A stretch of 64,000 nucleotides of DNA from Mobula hypostoma (lineage: Eukaryota), in contig NC_086097.1 of assembly GCF_963921235.1 (NCBI RefSeq), positions 224,752,001 to 224,816,000 on the forward strand. The letters are read 5' to 3'. Each line of letters begins with the position of its first letter. Position 1 is the first letter of the stretch. A program made the translations under genes and the position numbers. Below the pieces are notes generated by a model that saw nothing but the letters and a program-made list of their open reading frames with translations, was not told where the DNA came from and made no database searches. This document shows, piece by piece, positions 47,491-60,589 of this stretch.

Positions 47491-49816
47491 TTAGCCTTTA
47501 CTTCAGCCTTTTGGGTTGGAGCTGACAAAATCTCTCTTGCCCCATTCTGTCTCTCCTTGCAGCATCGGATGAGATCTTCAGCCATAGGGACCGCAATCTC
47601 TACCTCCTACTAAAGGAAGAGTGGCAGAGAATACCCAAATTGCCATTCAAAAGGGGACATCCCATGCACCAAATGTCGTAAAGTGATGTGGTGAGCTTTG
47701 TCCACTTCAACTGCTCGCATTACTGATTTGGTGTTTCAGAGGCCAGGCACCTTAGGGTACATTGCCTGTCTTGGTTCACCCACTCTGTCTGACCGTTGCA
47801 CTGCAGGTGAAACCCAGAGGAAGGACTCGCTGTTGCCCTAATCAGTTTGCCAAATGCCCTCCAGAATGTGATGTGAATTGCGGACCACAATCTGACGCAA
47901 TGTCCACCGGAAAACCATGGATCTTGAAGGCTTGCTGCAGGACAATCTCAGCCATCCACTGCACAGGCGGATGCCTGTCCAAGCTGATGAACTTGCAGGC
48001 CTTCGAAAAATGATCCACAGTTACCATGAAAATGGCCTTCCCCTTGCAAGGAGGAAAACACATGACCAAGGCCATGGAGATTTGCGCCCATGGTCTTTCT
48101 GGAACAGGCAGAGGGTGACGCAGTCATTGAGGTTGGGTGGGGGGGGCTCCTTGTTCTGGGTGCACATCTCGCATGCCCGCACATATTGACGGACCTCCCC
48201 TACCATTCCAGGTCACGAATATCTTCACTTAATGAACTTGAAGTTCCTGGCAATCCCTGGGGGAGATGTCAATCTCGATGCATGTCCCCACTGAAGAACC
48301 GGCGACCAGATGGGACTAGGAACAAACAGCCGCCCTGGAGGGATGTTCCAAGGAATCTCGCCCTTGCGCCTGGGCCTTGTGAACAAGTGTGTCGATCCCC
48401 CAGTGAATTGACGCTATCACATTGGCTTGGGGCAAAATGGTAGTAGGCTGCTTTTCTCATTCAGGTTCATCAAACAGACGGAATAAGGCATCTGGCTTCT
48501 AGTTCTTAGATCCCAGTTGTTAGGTCAGGATTAAATTAAAACAGTTAAAGAAGAGAGAACACTTGGCCTGCCTGGAATTCAGTCCCTTGGCCTCCTGAAT
48601 ATAAGTCAGGTTTTTGTGATCTGTCCATATGATAAGAGGGTTCTTGATCCCCTCGAGGCAGTGACACCAGTCCTCCAGAGCCAACCTGACTGCTCTCTAT
48701 TCTCAACGTCGTAATTTACCTCTGCTGAGGATCGATGTCTGGAAAGGAACACACACGGCTGCAGTTTATTGTCCAAAGTTGTCTGTTGAGACAACACTGC
48801 ACCCACTCCAATACCTGAGGCGTCCACTTCCATGTTGAGGGGAAGCTCCAGGTTAGGAGAAACCAAGATGGTAGTTGATGTGAACCACTGTTTAAGCTCT
48901 GCAAAAGCAGCCTCCGCCTCAGTAGTCCAAACAAAAGGGCTTGTGGATCTCTCGGTTAGAGCCATCAGTGGAGCTGCCTCTGAGCTGATAAATTTTTGAT
49001 AAAAGTTGTCAAATCTGACTACCTGCATCTTACTAGGGTCCATCTTGAAATTGCCATTAGAGATGATGATGCCCAAAAAAGAAATAGTGGTTATGTGAAA
49101 TTCAGACTTCTCCGGCTTGACGTCAAGTCCATGATCAAGAAGTGTCTTCAGGATATCCCAGATGTAAGAAACATGCTCCTCTATGGATTTCAAGAGAATT
49201 AGGCTGTCGTCTAGGTAGATGAAGGCGTACTTCAGGAAAGCATCCCGGTTGTTTATAAAGGACTGGGCACCTGCTGGCCAAAGGGCATGACCAGATACCC
49301 ATGGTACCCTGTCGGTGTATTGAATGCTGTCTTCTACTCGTCACTCTCCCTTTATGCAAACCAAGTTTTATGCACTCCGCAAGCCCAGCTTCGAGAATAC
49401 TCTTGTCCCCTGGAGAATCTCAAAAGCAATGTTCATGAGTGGAAGAGGGTAATGATTCTTGACCGTTATTCAATTCATCCCTCTATAGTCAATGAAAGGC
49501 AGCAGATTCCTGTCCTTCTTCTGTACGAAGAAGAAGCCAACACCGGCTGGAGAGGTGGAGGGGCAAATGAATCCCAGGGCAAGAGCTTCCTTAATATTCT
49601 CCTCCATGGCACCTCTCTCTAGGCCTGAGAGCGTGTATAATATTCTCCCCATAGAATCTCTCTCCGGGCCTGAGAGCATGTATAATCAACCGCACGGAGC
49701 ACGTACCCAAGCAGTAGATCTACTGCACAGTTGTGGGGTCGATGCGGTGGAAGAGTCAACGCCAGAACAGACGAAGATTCTAATATCCCGCAGGATCCAT
49801 ACTGGCTCAATCATTC

Positions 49817-50110
49817 TGTGATGAGAGTTCTTGTGAGAATGGATTTGGACTCAAATGCTGGAGTGTCCACGGCAAGGATTGAGACACGGTTTCAAACTAG
49901 ATCGAGGATCTGATCACAAAAGAACATTAGACAAAATCACGAGTAGGCTTACATTTGAGCAATGAACCTCAACCCTAGGCAATCAAAACATGATTGCTTA
50001 TTAGCGGAATTGTCCTGAGTCTTTAAAGGGGCCACGCCAGCTATCCATACCCTGGGGAGTCAGAGCATCTGAGCCTCAGAGGGTGGCATGGTTGGGTGTG
50101 TGTTGTAACA
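49817..50110 (-). repeat. 5' LTR of the Gypsy element
   Basis: TGTGATGAGA...TGTAACA on plus; shares TCTTTAAAGGGGCCACGCCAGCTATCCA with the other LTR. Confidence 0.9.
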
Positions 50111-50589
50111 GGTGGGACTAGGCAGAATAATAATTCCACATGAACCACATGGGCTGACGGCTGTGTTTCTGTGCTACAAGAAGGAGAAGAAGAAAAAGAA
50201 GAAGAATTGAAATTAGTGTTGTAAATAAACATACTTCAGTCATGATATTAAGGAAATAACTACTGGTAACCTATTATGAGGAGTAATGTTTGAAGATGGT
50301 ATTATTTGACTATGTTTTGAAGGTTTACTTTCACAGATGCAACAGGGGATGATCAAATATCAAGTTAAGATAATGGGGAAAGAGAGGAGCCTGGGTCAAC
50401 ATAACCTAGAAATTGCTTGAAACTTTTATGGCAACAAGTAACACATAAGTGTATTCTGCGATGTAGGAAGTGTGGTCAACTTTTCAGCTGATTAAAGCTT
50501 GCTGTAATTTACCAAGGTTTCAATGACCTACTGTGGTTATCAAATGCTTTTTAAAAAACTTAACGTTGACATGATTGCCTATATTGAAG

Positions 50590-51225
50590 CAGGTTGAGAG
50601 TGTTGTTAAGAAGGTGTATGGTGTGATGGCCTTCATCAACGATGGGATTGAGTTCAAGAGCCATGAGGTAATGTTAAAGCTATGTAAGACCTTAGTTACA
50701 TTCCAGTTGGAGTATGTGTTCAGTTCTGATCACCTCACTACAGGAAGGATGTAGATACTATAGTGAGAGTGCAGAAGAGATTTACAAGGATGTTGCCTGG
50801 ATTGGAGAGCATGCCTTATGAGAGTAGGTTGAGCAAACGTGGCCTTTTCTCCTTGGAGCGATGGAGGATGAGAAGTGACCTGATAGAGGTGTATAAGATG
50901 ATGAGAGGCATTGATCGTGTAAATAGCCAGAGGCTTCTTCCTAGGGCTGAAACAGCTAACACGAGGCGGCATAGTTTTAAGGTGCTTGGAAGAAGGTACA
51001 GAGGGGATGTCAGGGGTAAATTTTTCACACAGAGAGTGGTGGGTGTGTGGAATGCACGGTGATAGAGGCAGATACAATAGGGTCTTTTAAGAGACTCTTA
51101 GATAGGTAGGAGAGCTTAGCAAAATAGAGGGCTATGCAGTTGGGAAATTCTAGAATAGGTTACATGGTTGGCACAGCATTGTGGGCCAAAGGGCCTGTAA
51201 TGTGCTGTAGATTTCTATGTTCTAT
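50590..51225 (+). mobile_element. CR1 3' fragment
   Basis: RVQKRFTRMLPGL...DLIEVYK...FFTQRVVGVWNA; TTTCTATGTTCTA tail. Confidence 0.9.
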
Positions 51226-52445
51226 TATTGTGGCATATTCTTGTACGAAATGTTTTCAGTTTCCATTGGCATAAAGTTTACCACAGCAGGTAATACTTTT
51301 AATAATCTTCCAGTGCTTTGTGGAGAGAAATATTGGGACGATCTGTTAGAGCTATCTATGAGATATCTCGCAATATCGGAGGAGTTCCCACACGTTCCCT
51401 CTCTCCCCCACTATGTGAACATGGCCCATGTTCTTTGTGTTGATTGCTCCTTGCAAGCTACTGTAGGAAATACCATCACCCAGCTTCCTGTCCATGGATT
51501 CAAGACTTAAGATTCAAAATTCAAAGGTTCATTTATTATCTAAGTATACAAATCTGAGATTCTTCTTCTTCAGACAGCCAAGAGAAAAAAATGAATGGCA
51601 ACACGATCATCAACCCCCGAATCCCTCTCCCCACACAAAAAAAAGAACAGAAATGCAACAAGTATGTCGACCCCAAAACCACTTCCCCCCACATGAAACA
51701 CAAAAAGAACATCAGCTTCCAAATTACCCTCTCCCCACACACAGAAACTAAGAAAGACCCTCCTCCACCGGCACAAAACGCCACAAGAGCATTAAGACCC
51801 CCTAAATCCCCCTTCCTACGCAAAAGATAGAGAGAATGAGCAAAAACACAGAATATTAAAAACTATAAAACATATTCAAGACATATAACAACTGTAAAAC
51901 TACAAGACATATACAACTACAAGAGGATCCCTTAACGCCTATACCATAATCTCTGGCCCATTACCATCACGAAGGAGCATCAGGATTAGGACTGCCAGAC
52001 TGGGTAACAGTTCCTTCCCCCAAGCTGTGGGACTGAGCAATACCCTGCCAACAACGAGGTCTCCTCATTAGGACATCGGGCTGTTTACTGTACTGTTCAG
52101 CGTTTACCTGTGCTGCACACTTCACATGTATTTTGAATTATATTTTATTAACTTATTTGTGGTATATTTTGCTTTGTGCACTATGTGTGATGTATGTACA
52201 GTATTGTGGGTGCTTGTGGTCCGGAGGAGGGTTGCTTCATTTGGTCGTATGTGCGTACAGTCAGATGGAAGTAAACTTGAAATTGAAGATTGTTTATTCT
52301 CATTCTTAAGTGTGTGAGTAAAAGGAGAGCTTAAAAAAACACAATCAGCATCAAGAACACAATAAAACCAAAAGACACAATAAATATAAATATAAAAGCA
52401 ATCGTATGAACACAATGTACAGATAACTTAGTGTGGTTGTATATT

Positions 52446-52556
52446 CACTCAGAGACCACTTTATTAGATCCAACTGCTTACTAATGCAAATATTTAATCA
52501 TCTAATCACATGTTGGCAACTCAATGCATAAAATCTAATAAAGTGGCCACTGAGTG
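52446..52556. mobile_element. Tc1/mariner-type MITE
   Basis: TIRs CACTCAGAGACCACTTTATTAG / CTAATAAAGTGGCCACTGAGTG; TA on the right flank. Confidence 0.75.
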
Positions 52557-52611
52557 TACATAAGATAAGCTTATATACTGTAGGTAGACTGATTGCACAG
52601 AAATATCTGTG

Positions 52612-53890
52612 CATAATCAGCATGGATTTGTGTGTGGCAGATCGTGTTTAACAAACCTTGTAGAGTTTTTTGAGGCAGTTACCAGGAAAGTAGATGAAGG
52701 AAAGGCTGTGGATGTTGTCTACATGGACTTTAGTAAGGCCTTTGACAAGGTCCCACATGGGAGGTTAGTTCAGAAGGTTCAGACACTAGATATCCATGGA
52801 CAGGTTGTAAACTGGATTCGAAATTGGCTGTGTGGGAGAAGACAGAGAGTGGTAGTGGATGATTGCTTATCAGACTGGAGGCTGTGACTAGTGGTGTGCC
52901 TCAGGGATCTGTGCTGGGACCATTGTTGTTTGTTGTCTCTATCAATGATCTAGATGATAATGTGGTAAATTGGATCAGCAAGTTTGCTGATGACACTAAG
53001 ATTGGAGGTGTTGTGAACAGTGAGGAAGGCTTTCAAAGCTTGCAGAGGGATGTGGACCAAATGGGAAAATGGGCCAGAAAATGGCAGATGGAATTTAATG
53101 CAGACAAGTGTGAGGTGTTGCATTTTGGAAGGACAAATCAAGGTAGGACATACACAGTAAATGGTAGGGCACTGAGGAGTGCGGAGGAACAAAGGGATCT
53201 GGGAGTTCAGATACATAACTCCCTGAAAGTGGCATCACAGGTAGACAGGGTTGTAAAGAAGGCTTTTGACTTTCGGGCATTCATAAATCAAGGTATTGAG
53301 TATAGGAGTTGGGATGTTATGGTGAAGCTGTATAAGACATTGGTGAGGCCAAATTTGGAGTAATGTGTGCAGTTCTGGTCACCTAACTATAGGAAGGATA
53401 TTAGTAAGATTGAAAGGGTGCAGAGAAGATTTATTAGGATGTTGCTGGGTCTTCAGGAGTTACAGGGAAAGATTGAACAGGTTAAGACTTTATTCCTTGG
53501 AGCGTAGATGAATGAGGGGAGATTTGATAGAGGTTTACAAAATTATGAGGGGTATAGACAGAGTAAATGTGAATAGGCTCTTTCCACTTAGATTAGGAGA
53601 GATAAATACGAGAGGACATGGCTTTAGGGTGAAAGGGGAAAGGTTTAGGGGGAACATTAGGGGGAACTTCTTCACTCAGAGAGCGGTGTTAGTGTGGAAT
53701 GAGCCATCTGACGTGGTAAATGCAGGCTCACTCTTAAGTTTTAAGAATAAATTGGATAGATACATGAATGGGAGAGGTCTGGAGGGTTATGGACTGGGTG
53801 CAGGTCAATGGGATTAGCGGAATAAAGTTTCGGCACAGACTAGAAGGGCCGAATGGCCTGTTTTCTGTGCTGTAGTCTTCTATGGTTCTA
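52612..53890 (+). mobile_element. CR1 LINE, RT to 3' end
   Basis: [55 protein letters not shown] tail. Confidence 0.95.
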
Positions 53891-55735
53891 TAAGGTGTCT
53901 CTGAAAGGAAATGACAGTGACAAAGTGACTCCTGGCAAGAGGGACTCTTGTAGTAGCAGGTCATTTGAAAACACAGTTGGACAGTGACTCTGTCAGTGTA
54001 GGTATAATTTAGATTTTAAAGTGCAGAACGATTATATTATAACTTTCAAGTGGATCTCTAAGGGACAACTTGAAACAAGTCTCTATGCTCTGGTGCCATG
54101 ATCATAATTTACCTTTGAGAAATCCACAGTAGTACTGTTTTATTAATTGACATATTTTTCAGTTGTTGCAACATTGAGATATCATAGCAACACACACAAG
54201 ATGCTGGTGGAACTTGGTGGTTCAGGTAGCATCTATGGAAATTAATAAACAATGGACGTTTCAGGCGGAGACCCTTCTTCAGGACTTGCTCAACTGACAT
54301 ATCATGACTCCAAACATAGAGCATCCCTTTGCCTCCACGTACACTGTTCGACCTTCTGAGGTACTCCAGCAGTTTGTCATGGAGTCACAGAATCACACAT
54401 CAGAGAAAAAGACCCATCAGCCCATCTTGTCCATGGTTCATCTTAGTCTTTTCTCTGGACTCCAGCATCTTCACTCACCTGTGCCTACCTTCAGTAATTT
54501 AAAATACAAGACATCTAGATCAAGACCCAGCAGTGTCTGTGTAAATTTTCTCTGCACTCTTCCAAGCTTATTGATATCTTTCCTGTAGGTGGATGACCAG
54601 AACTGCACACAATACTCCAAATTTGACCTCGCCACTGCCTTATATAACTTCAACGTAACATATGTTATTTGTCAGTGAATGTAAACCTGACGTTGATACT
54701 GATTCAGAGTTTCATCATAGAAAGACTGCATTAAAGACCATAAGACCATAAGACAAAGGAGCAGAAGTCGGCCATTCGGCCCATCGAGTCTGCTCCGCCA
54801 TTTTATCATGAGCTGATCCATTCTCCCATCTAGTCCCACTCCCCTGCCTTCTCACCATAACCATAACCTTTGACGTCCTGGGTAATTTTAATTAGGGTGA
54901 AAGGGGAAAGGTTTAGGGGGAACATTAGGGGGAACTTCTTCACTCAGAGAGTGGTGGGAGTGTGGAACGAGCTGCCATCTGACGTGGTAAATGTGGGCTC
55001 ACTCTTAAGTTTTAAGAATAAATTGGATAGATACATGGATGGGAGAGGTCTGGAGGGTTATGGACTGGGTGCAGGTCAATGGGTCAATTACCCTAATTAA
55101 GATTAAAATTACTGTACTGTCCACAGGTATTTTCTGAGGTAATGACTAAGTCTTCTGCTGGAGATTTGATGAAAGAACTAAAATTGAAATGGGGTGGTTT
55201 TATTTGCTTCTTTCAATAAGGATGATGCTGTTTGTTCTAAAGATAAATGTTTGGCAAAATACTGATTCAAACAAATCTTTTCAAGCAGTATTCCAATATA
55301 CTGCATAAGATACATTGGAAGGTGGATGTGTATCGGTGAGTGGGTATCAAGGCAGGGGCTGAGAATAAACGAGAACTTAATATCAATAACTTGAAAGGCT
55401 TTTGCTTCATACTGCTTCTATACTTTCATGCCTCATTGCAAGGTGAGCTTCTCAGATCAGGTCAAGACCTCTTGTCCCCTAGAACAGCATGCACAAACCT
55501 CCCTGGCTTCGTGTTTTTATGCCAAGCGAGTAAAAAGAGCTTGCAACTTGAAGCTGCACAGACAATAATCTACAGTTATCTCTTTCTCAGCACATCCTGT
55601 TCTCGTTATGAGAAGATATTACACTTTATCTTGCAAGGATTTCCTGTTTTAAGTGCCAGAGAGGTTATGGGAAAGCCACACTTTGAACTGGCCCGTCTGA
55701 ATGTTCTTGAATTATTCTGAATTGCTCCTGTAACG

Positions 55736-57612
55736 ATAGAACATAGAACATAGAACATAGAATAGTACAGCACAGTACAGGCCCTTCGGCCCACAATGTT
55801 GTGCCGACCCTCAAACCCTGCCTCCCATATAAGCCCCCAGTTTAGATTCCTCCATATACCTGTCTAGTAGTCTCTTAAACTTCACTAGTGTATCTGCCTC
55901 GACCACTGACTCAGGCAGTGCATTCCACGCACCAACCACTCTCTGAGTAAAAAACCCTCCCCTAATATCCCCCTTGAACTTCCCACTCCTTACCTTAAAG
56001 CCATGTCCTCTTGTATTGAGCAGTGGTGCCCTGGGGAAGAGGCGCTGGCTATCCACTCTATCTATTCCTCTTATTATCTTGTACACCTCTATCATGTCTC
56101 CTCTCATCCTCCTTCTGTCCAAAGAGTAAAGCCGAAGCTCCCCTAATCTCTGATCATAAAGCATACTCTCTAAACCATGCAGCATCCTGGTAAATCTCCT
56201 CTGTACCCTTTCCAATGCTTCCACATCCTTCCTATAGTGAGGTGACCAGAACCGGGCACAATACTCCAAGTGTGGCCTAACCAGAGTTTTATGAAGCTGC
56301 ATCATTACATCGCGACTCTTAAACTCTATCCCTTGACTTAAGAAAGCTAACACCCCATAAGCTTTCTTAACTACTCTATCCACCTGTGAGGCAACTTTCA
56401 GGGATCTGTGGACATGTACCCCGAGATCCCTCTCCTCCTCCACACTACCAAGTATCCTCCCACTTACTTTGTACTCTGCCTTGGAGTTTGTCCTTCCAAA
56501 GTGTACCGCCTCACACTTCTCCAGGTTGAACTCCATCTGCCACTTCTCAGCCCACTTCTGCATCCTATCAATGTCTCTCTGCAATCTTTGACAATCCTCC
56601 ACACTATCCACAACACCACCAACCTTTGTGTCGTCTGCAAACTTGCCAACCCACCCTTCTACCCCCATATCCAGGTCGTTAATAAAAATCACGAAAAGTA
56701 GAGGTCCCAGAACAGATCCTTGTGGGACACCACTAGTCACAATCCTCCAATCTGAATGTACTCCCTCCACCACCACCCTCTGCCTTCTGCAGGCAAGCCA
56801 ATTCTGAATCCACCTGGCCAAACTTCCCTGGATCCCATGCCTTCTAACTTTCTGAATAAGCCTACCATGTGGAACCTTGTCAAATGCCTTACTAAAATCC
56901 ATATAGATCACATCCACTGCACTACCCTCATCTATATGCCTGGTCACCTCCTCAAAGAACTCTATCAGGCTTGTTAGACACGATCTGCCCTTCACAAAGC
57001 CATGCTGACTGTCCCTGATCAGACCATGATTCTCTAAATGTCTATAGATCCTATCTCTAAGAATCTTTTCCAACAGCTTTCCAACCACAGACGTAAGGCT
57101 CACTGGTCTATAATTACCCGGACTATCCCTACTACCTTTTTTGAACAAGGGAACAATATTCGCCTCCCTCCAATCCTCCGGTACCATTCCCGTGGACAAC
57201 AAGGACATAAAGATCCTAGCCAGAGGCTCAGCAATCTCTTCTCTTGCCTCGTGGAGCAGCCTGGGGAATATTCCGTCAGGCCCCGGGGACTTATCTGTCC
57301 TAATGTATTTTAACAACTCCAACACCTCCTCTCCCTTAATATCAGCATGCTCCAGAACATCAACCTCACTCATACTGTCCTCACCATCATCAAGTTCCCT
57401 CTCATTGGTGAATACCAAAGAGAAGTATTCACTGAGGACCTCGCTCACTTCCACAGCCTCCAGGCACATCTTCCCACCCTTATCTCTAATCGGTCCTACC
57501 TTCACTCCTGTCATCCTTTTTTTCTTCACATAATTGAAGAATTGAAGAATGCCTTGGGGTTTTCCTTTACCCTACTCGCCAAGGCCTTCTCATGCCCCCT
57601 TCTTGCTCTTCT
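55736..57612 (-). mobile_element. Young, 5'-truncated CR1 LINE
   Basis: (ATAGAAC)n tail on plus, GGCCCTTCGGCCC 3' UTR hairpin region and an open ORF2. Confidence 0.97.
55811..57529 (-). CDS. CR1 ORF2 reverse transcriptase, partial (no APE domain), 572 aa open
   Basis: [41 protein letters not shown] and DLGV motifs with no stops. Confidence 0.93.
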   Translation of the reverse strand: MKKKRMTGVKVGPIRDKGGKMCLEAVEVSEVLSEYFSLVFTNERELDDGEDSMSEVDVLEHADIKGEEVLELLKYIRTDKSPGPDGIFPRLLHEAREEIAEPLARIFMSLLSTGMVPEDWREANIVPLFKKGSRDSPGNYRPVSLTSVVGKLLEKILRDRIYRHLENHGLIRDSQHGFVKGRSCLTSLIEFFEEVTRHIDEGSAVDVIYMDFSKAFDKVPHGRLIQKVRRHGIQGSLARWIQNWLACRRQRVVVEGVHSDWRIVTSGVPQGSVLGPLLFVIFINDLDMGVEGWVGKFADDTKVGGVVDSVEDCQRLQRDIDRMQKWAEKWQMEFNLEKCEAVHFGRTNSKAEYKVSGRILGSVEEERDLGVHVHRSLKVASQVDRVVKKAYGVLAFLSQGIEFKSRDVMMQLHKTLVRPHLEYCARFWSPHYRKDVEALERVQRRFTRMLHGLESMLYDQRLGELRLYSLDRRRMRGDMIEVYKIIRGIDRVDSQRLFPRAPLLNTRGHGFKVRSGKFKGDIRGGFFTQRVVGAWNALPESVVEADTLVKFKRLLDRYMEESKLGAYMGGRV

Positions 57613-57991
57613 CTAGAGACTAACAGATAAATCAGAAGTGGGTTTTTTTTTGAAGGTTCAATGCAAAGATTAAGATGATACAGTATATTTTGATGAATTA
57701 CTTTTTGAGTTGGATGTTTTCTTTCCAAGTGGTGTATTTGCTCTTCTTATATTTTAATTTGTTTCACGTGCAAAAGAGGTTTTTATTTAGAAAGTGGCAT
57801 CCATTGCTAAGGACCCCCATTGCCCAGGCCATGCCTTGTTCCCATTGCTACCATCAGCAAGGAGGTACAGAAGCCTGAAGGCACAAGCTCAATGATTCAG
57901 GAACAGCTTCTTCCCCTCTGCCATCCAATTCCTAAATGGACATTGAACCCGTGAACATGACCTCATTTTTTTTTCTGCTCAACTTACTTAA

Positions 57992-59420
57992 GGTGGGGGG
58001 AGGGGAGGAAGGAGCACAAGGTGGCAGGTGATAGGTGAAAGGTGGCAGGTGAAACCAGGAGAAGGGGAGGGGCTGAAGTAAAGAGCTGATAAGTTTATTG
58101 GTGATAGAGATAAAGTGCTGGAGGTAGGGGAATTTGATGGGAGAGGGGAGGAGGAGGACTGCCAGAGGGAGGTGGTTAGGTAAGGAGCTACAGAGAAAGG
58201 GAAACAGGAATGGGGAATAGTGAGGGTGGGGAGAGGGAATTACCTGAAGTTCGAGAAATCGATGTTCACGCCATCAGGTTGGAGGCTACCCAGACGGAAT
58301 ATAAGGTGTTGCTCCTCCAACCTGAGTGTGGCCTCATTGTGGCAGTAGAGAAGGACGTGGACTGACATGGAAGTGGAATTGAAGTGGGTGGCCGCTGGGA
58401 GATCCCATTCCTTCTGGCAGACGGAGTGTAGGTGCTCGGCAAAGCGGTCTCCCAATCTGTGTCGGTTCTCACCGGTACACAGGAGGCCACACTGGGTGCA
58501 CCGGATACAGTAGGTGACGCCAACAGACTCACAGGTGAAGTGCTGCCTCACCTGGAAGGACTGTTTGGGGCCCTGAATGGTAGTGAGGGAGGAGGTGTAG
58601 GGGCAGGTATTCTGCTTGCAAGGAGGGATCAGTGGACAAGGGAGTAATGTAGGGAGCAATCCCTGTGGAAAGTGGAAAGGGTGGGGGGGTGGGAAATATC
58701 TGCTTGCTGGTGGGATCACATTGGAGATTGCGGAAGTTATGGAGAATTATGTGCCGGATGCAGAGGCTAAGGGGTTGGTAGGTGAGGACAAGCCGAATCC
58801 TATCCCTGGTGTGGCAGTAGGAGGATGGGATGAGGGCAGACATGCATAAAATGGAAGGGATGCGGGTGAGGGCAGTGTTGACGGTGGAGGGAGGGAAGCC
58901 CCTTTCCTTGAAGAAGGAGGACATCCCCATAGTCTGGAATTTAAAGCCTCATCCTGAGAGTAGGTGCGGTGGAGATGGAGGAACTGGGAGAAGGGCATGG
59001 AATTTTTACAAGTGGCAGGTTAGGAAGAGGTATAGTACAGGTAGCTTTGAGAATCAGTGGGTTTATAATAGATGTCAGCAGCTGCACTGTCTCCAGTGAT
59101 GAAGACAGAGAAATCGAGAAAGGGGAAGGGTGTGTAAGGATTGGACCAGATAAGTTTGAGGGCAGGCTGGAAGTTAGAGGCGTCGTTGATAAAATCAACA
59201 AGCTCAGCATGGGTGTAGGAAGCAGCGCTAATGCAGTTGTTAATGTAGCGTACGAGGAGTTGGGGAGTGATGCCGGTGTAGGCTTGAATAGACTGTTCCT
59301 TTATTCACACAGCTGACAAAAAGGCTAGCATAGCTGGGACCCCTGTGAGCGCCAATGCCTGCACCTTTTGTTTTGAAGGAAGTGGGAGGAGCCAAGGGAG
59401 AAATTGTTGGGAGGTGAGGA
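57992..59420 (-). mobile_element. Penelope-like element (Neptune-type), RT plus GIY-YIG, decayed
   Basis: GPSYASLFV, RYINNC and FTCESVGVTYCIRCTQCGLLCTGE...RLEEQHLIFRLGSLQPDGVNIDF. Confidence 0.9.
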
Positions 59421-59996
59421 ACACTACTATCTGTCACTGGCTGCTCTTACATTACATGGAATGCCCAAAGCAGAAATGGTCTATATGTCTTCACTGATCT
59501 TCATTTATCCTCAATCTGATCCACCCCCTCTTCTCGCCACACACACGCAAGATTGTAATCCTATTTGTAGTTCTTCTATAACTTTCTTTCTATATCTTTC
59601 TCCCTTCTCACTTTTAAATTTCCCTGTTTTATGTTAAAAAACCCTAATTATTCATTCATTCATTCCATTATCACATGTACATCGAAACATTCAGTGACAT
59701 GTGTCGATTGCATTAACAACTAACACAACCAAGAATATTCTGGGAGAAGCTGGTTAGGTGTCAACGCGCATTCTGGCTCTGACATAGCATGCCCACAATT
59801 TTCAGCAGGATAACACAGAACAAGACAAAACACAGCACAACAGGCAAAAAAAAGAGAGTGGCAAAACAAGCCCATTAATATTCTGCAGATCCTACCACTC
59901 AGATACCGTGTGTGCTCGAGGCTATTTACAGTGGCCAAGTTACTAGCCAGCCAGCACCTTGTCACCATGTGGGAGGAAGCTGGAGTACATTATAGG

Positions 59997-60589
59997 TGTA
60001 AGGGGTTTCTTCTTTCATGTTACTTGCTATGGCTTCTCTGTAATTTTAACTGATGAGGTAATGTTCTCTGTAGCAGCATGTTTGAGTTATAATTAGTGAT
60101 CACAGGATTTGTATGCGTTTGCTAACCAATTGGGATAGATGTTATTCTTTCTTGTGTATCTGAAAGCTGTTGTTTGTGCGGGATTTGAGAAAGACGGCGC
60201 GAGGAGGATGAAGAGAGAAGGGGCTTGAGGAGATGGTTGCCGGACCCACTGGGCCTGGGCTCGGGGCGGGAGCCCAGGGGCCGACGCCGAGTGAGGGGGG
60301 ATCAGCGAAAGGGAATCCGTGAGCTCCAACGTTTGTGCACTGGACATGTTTATGAGATTATTGGCGCCTTTTATTTGTTTCTCTTTTCTTTTGTTTTTCT
60401 ACTAACCCCATACTTAAATATAAAATCTTAATCGTTTAACCACACATTGTGGACTGAATATTATTTCAGGGTACTGATGATACACAGGGGACACAACACG
60501 CAGCATCCACCCAAACAAGAATGCTAAAGTTTGGTCTGGGAGGGGGAGCCACCCCCGAGATCATGCCACTAGATGCAACGAGTCTTACA
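59997..60589. mobile_element. Solo LTR, 593 bp
   Basis: TGTAAG...CTTACA termini with perfect 4-bp TSD TAGG; inserted in a decayed SINE-like repeat (GTGGGAGGAAGCTGGAG...GAAACTCAC). Confidence 0.8.

Larger units (their letters stand above)
45836..50110 (-). mobile_element. Gypsy chromovirus (Sushi-like) LTR retrotransposon, decayed
   Basis: Two LTRs; RT ([26 protein letters not shown]), RNase H ([23 protein letters not shown]), integrase (VDHFSK, SDCGPQFTS), GPF motif and chromodomain; polypurine tract next to the 3' LTR; splits a CR1 tail. Confidence 0.95.
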
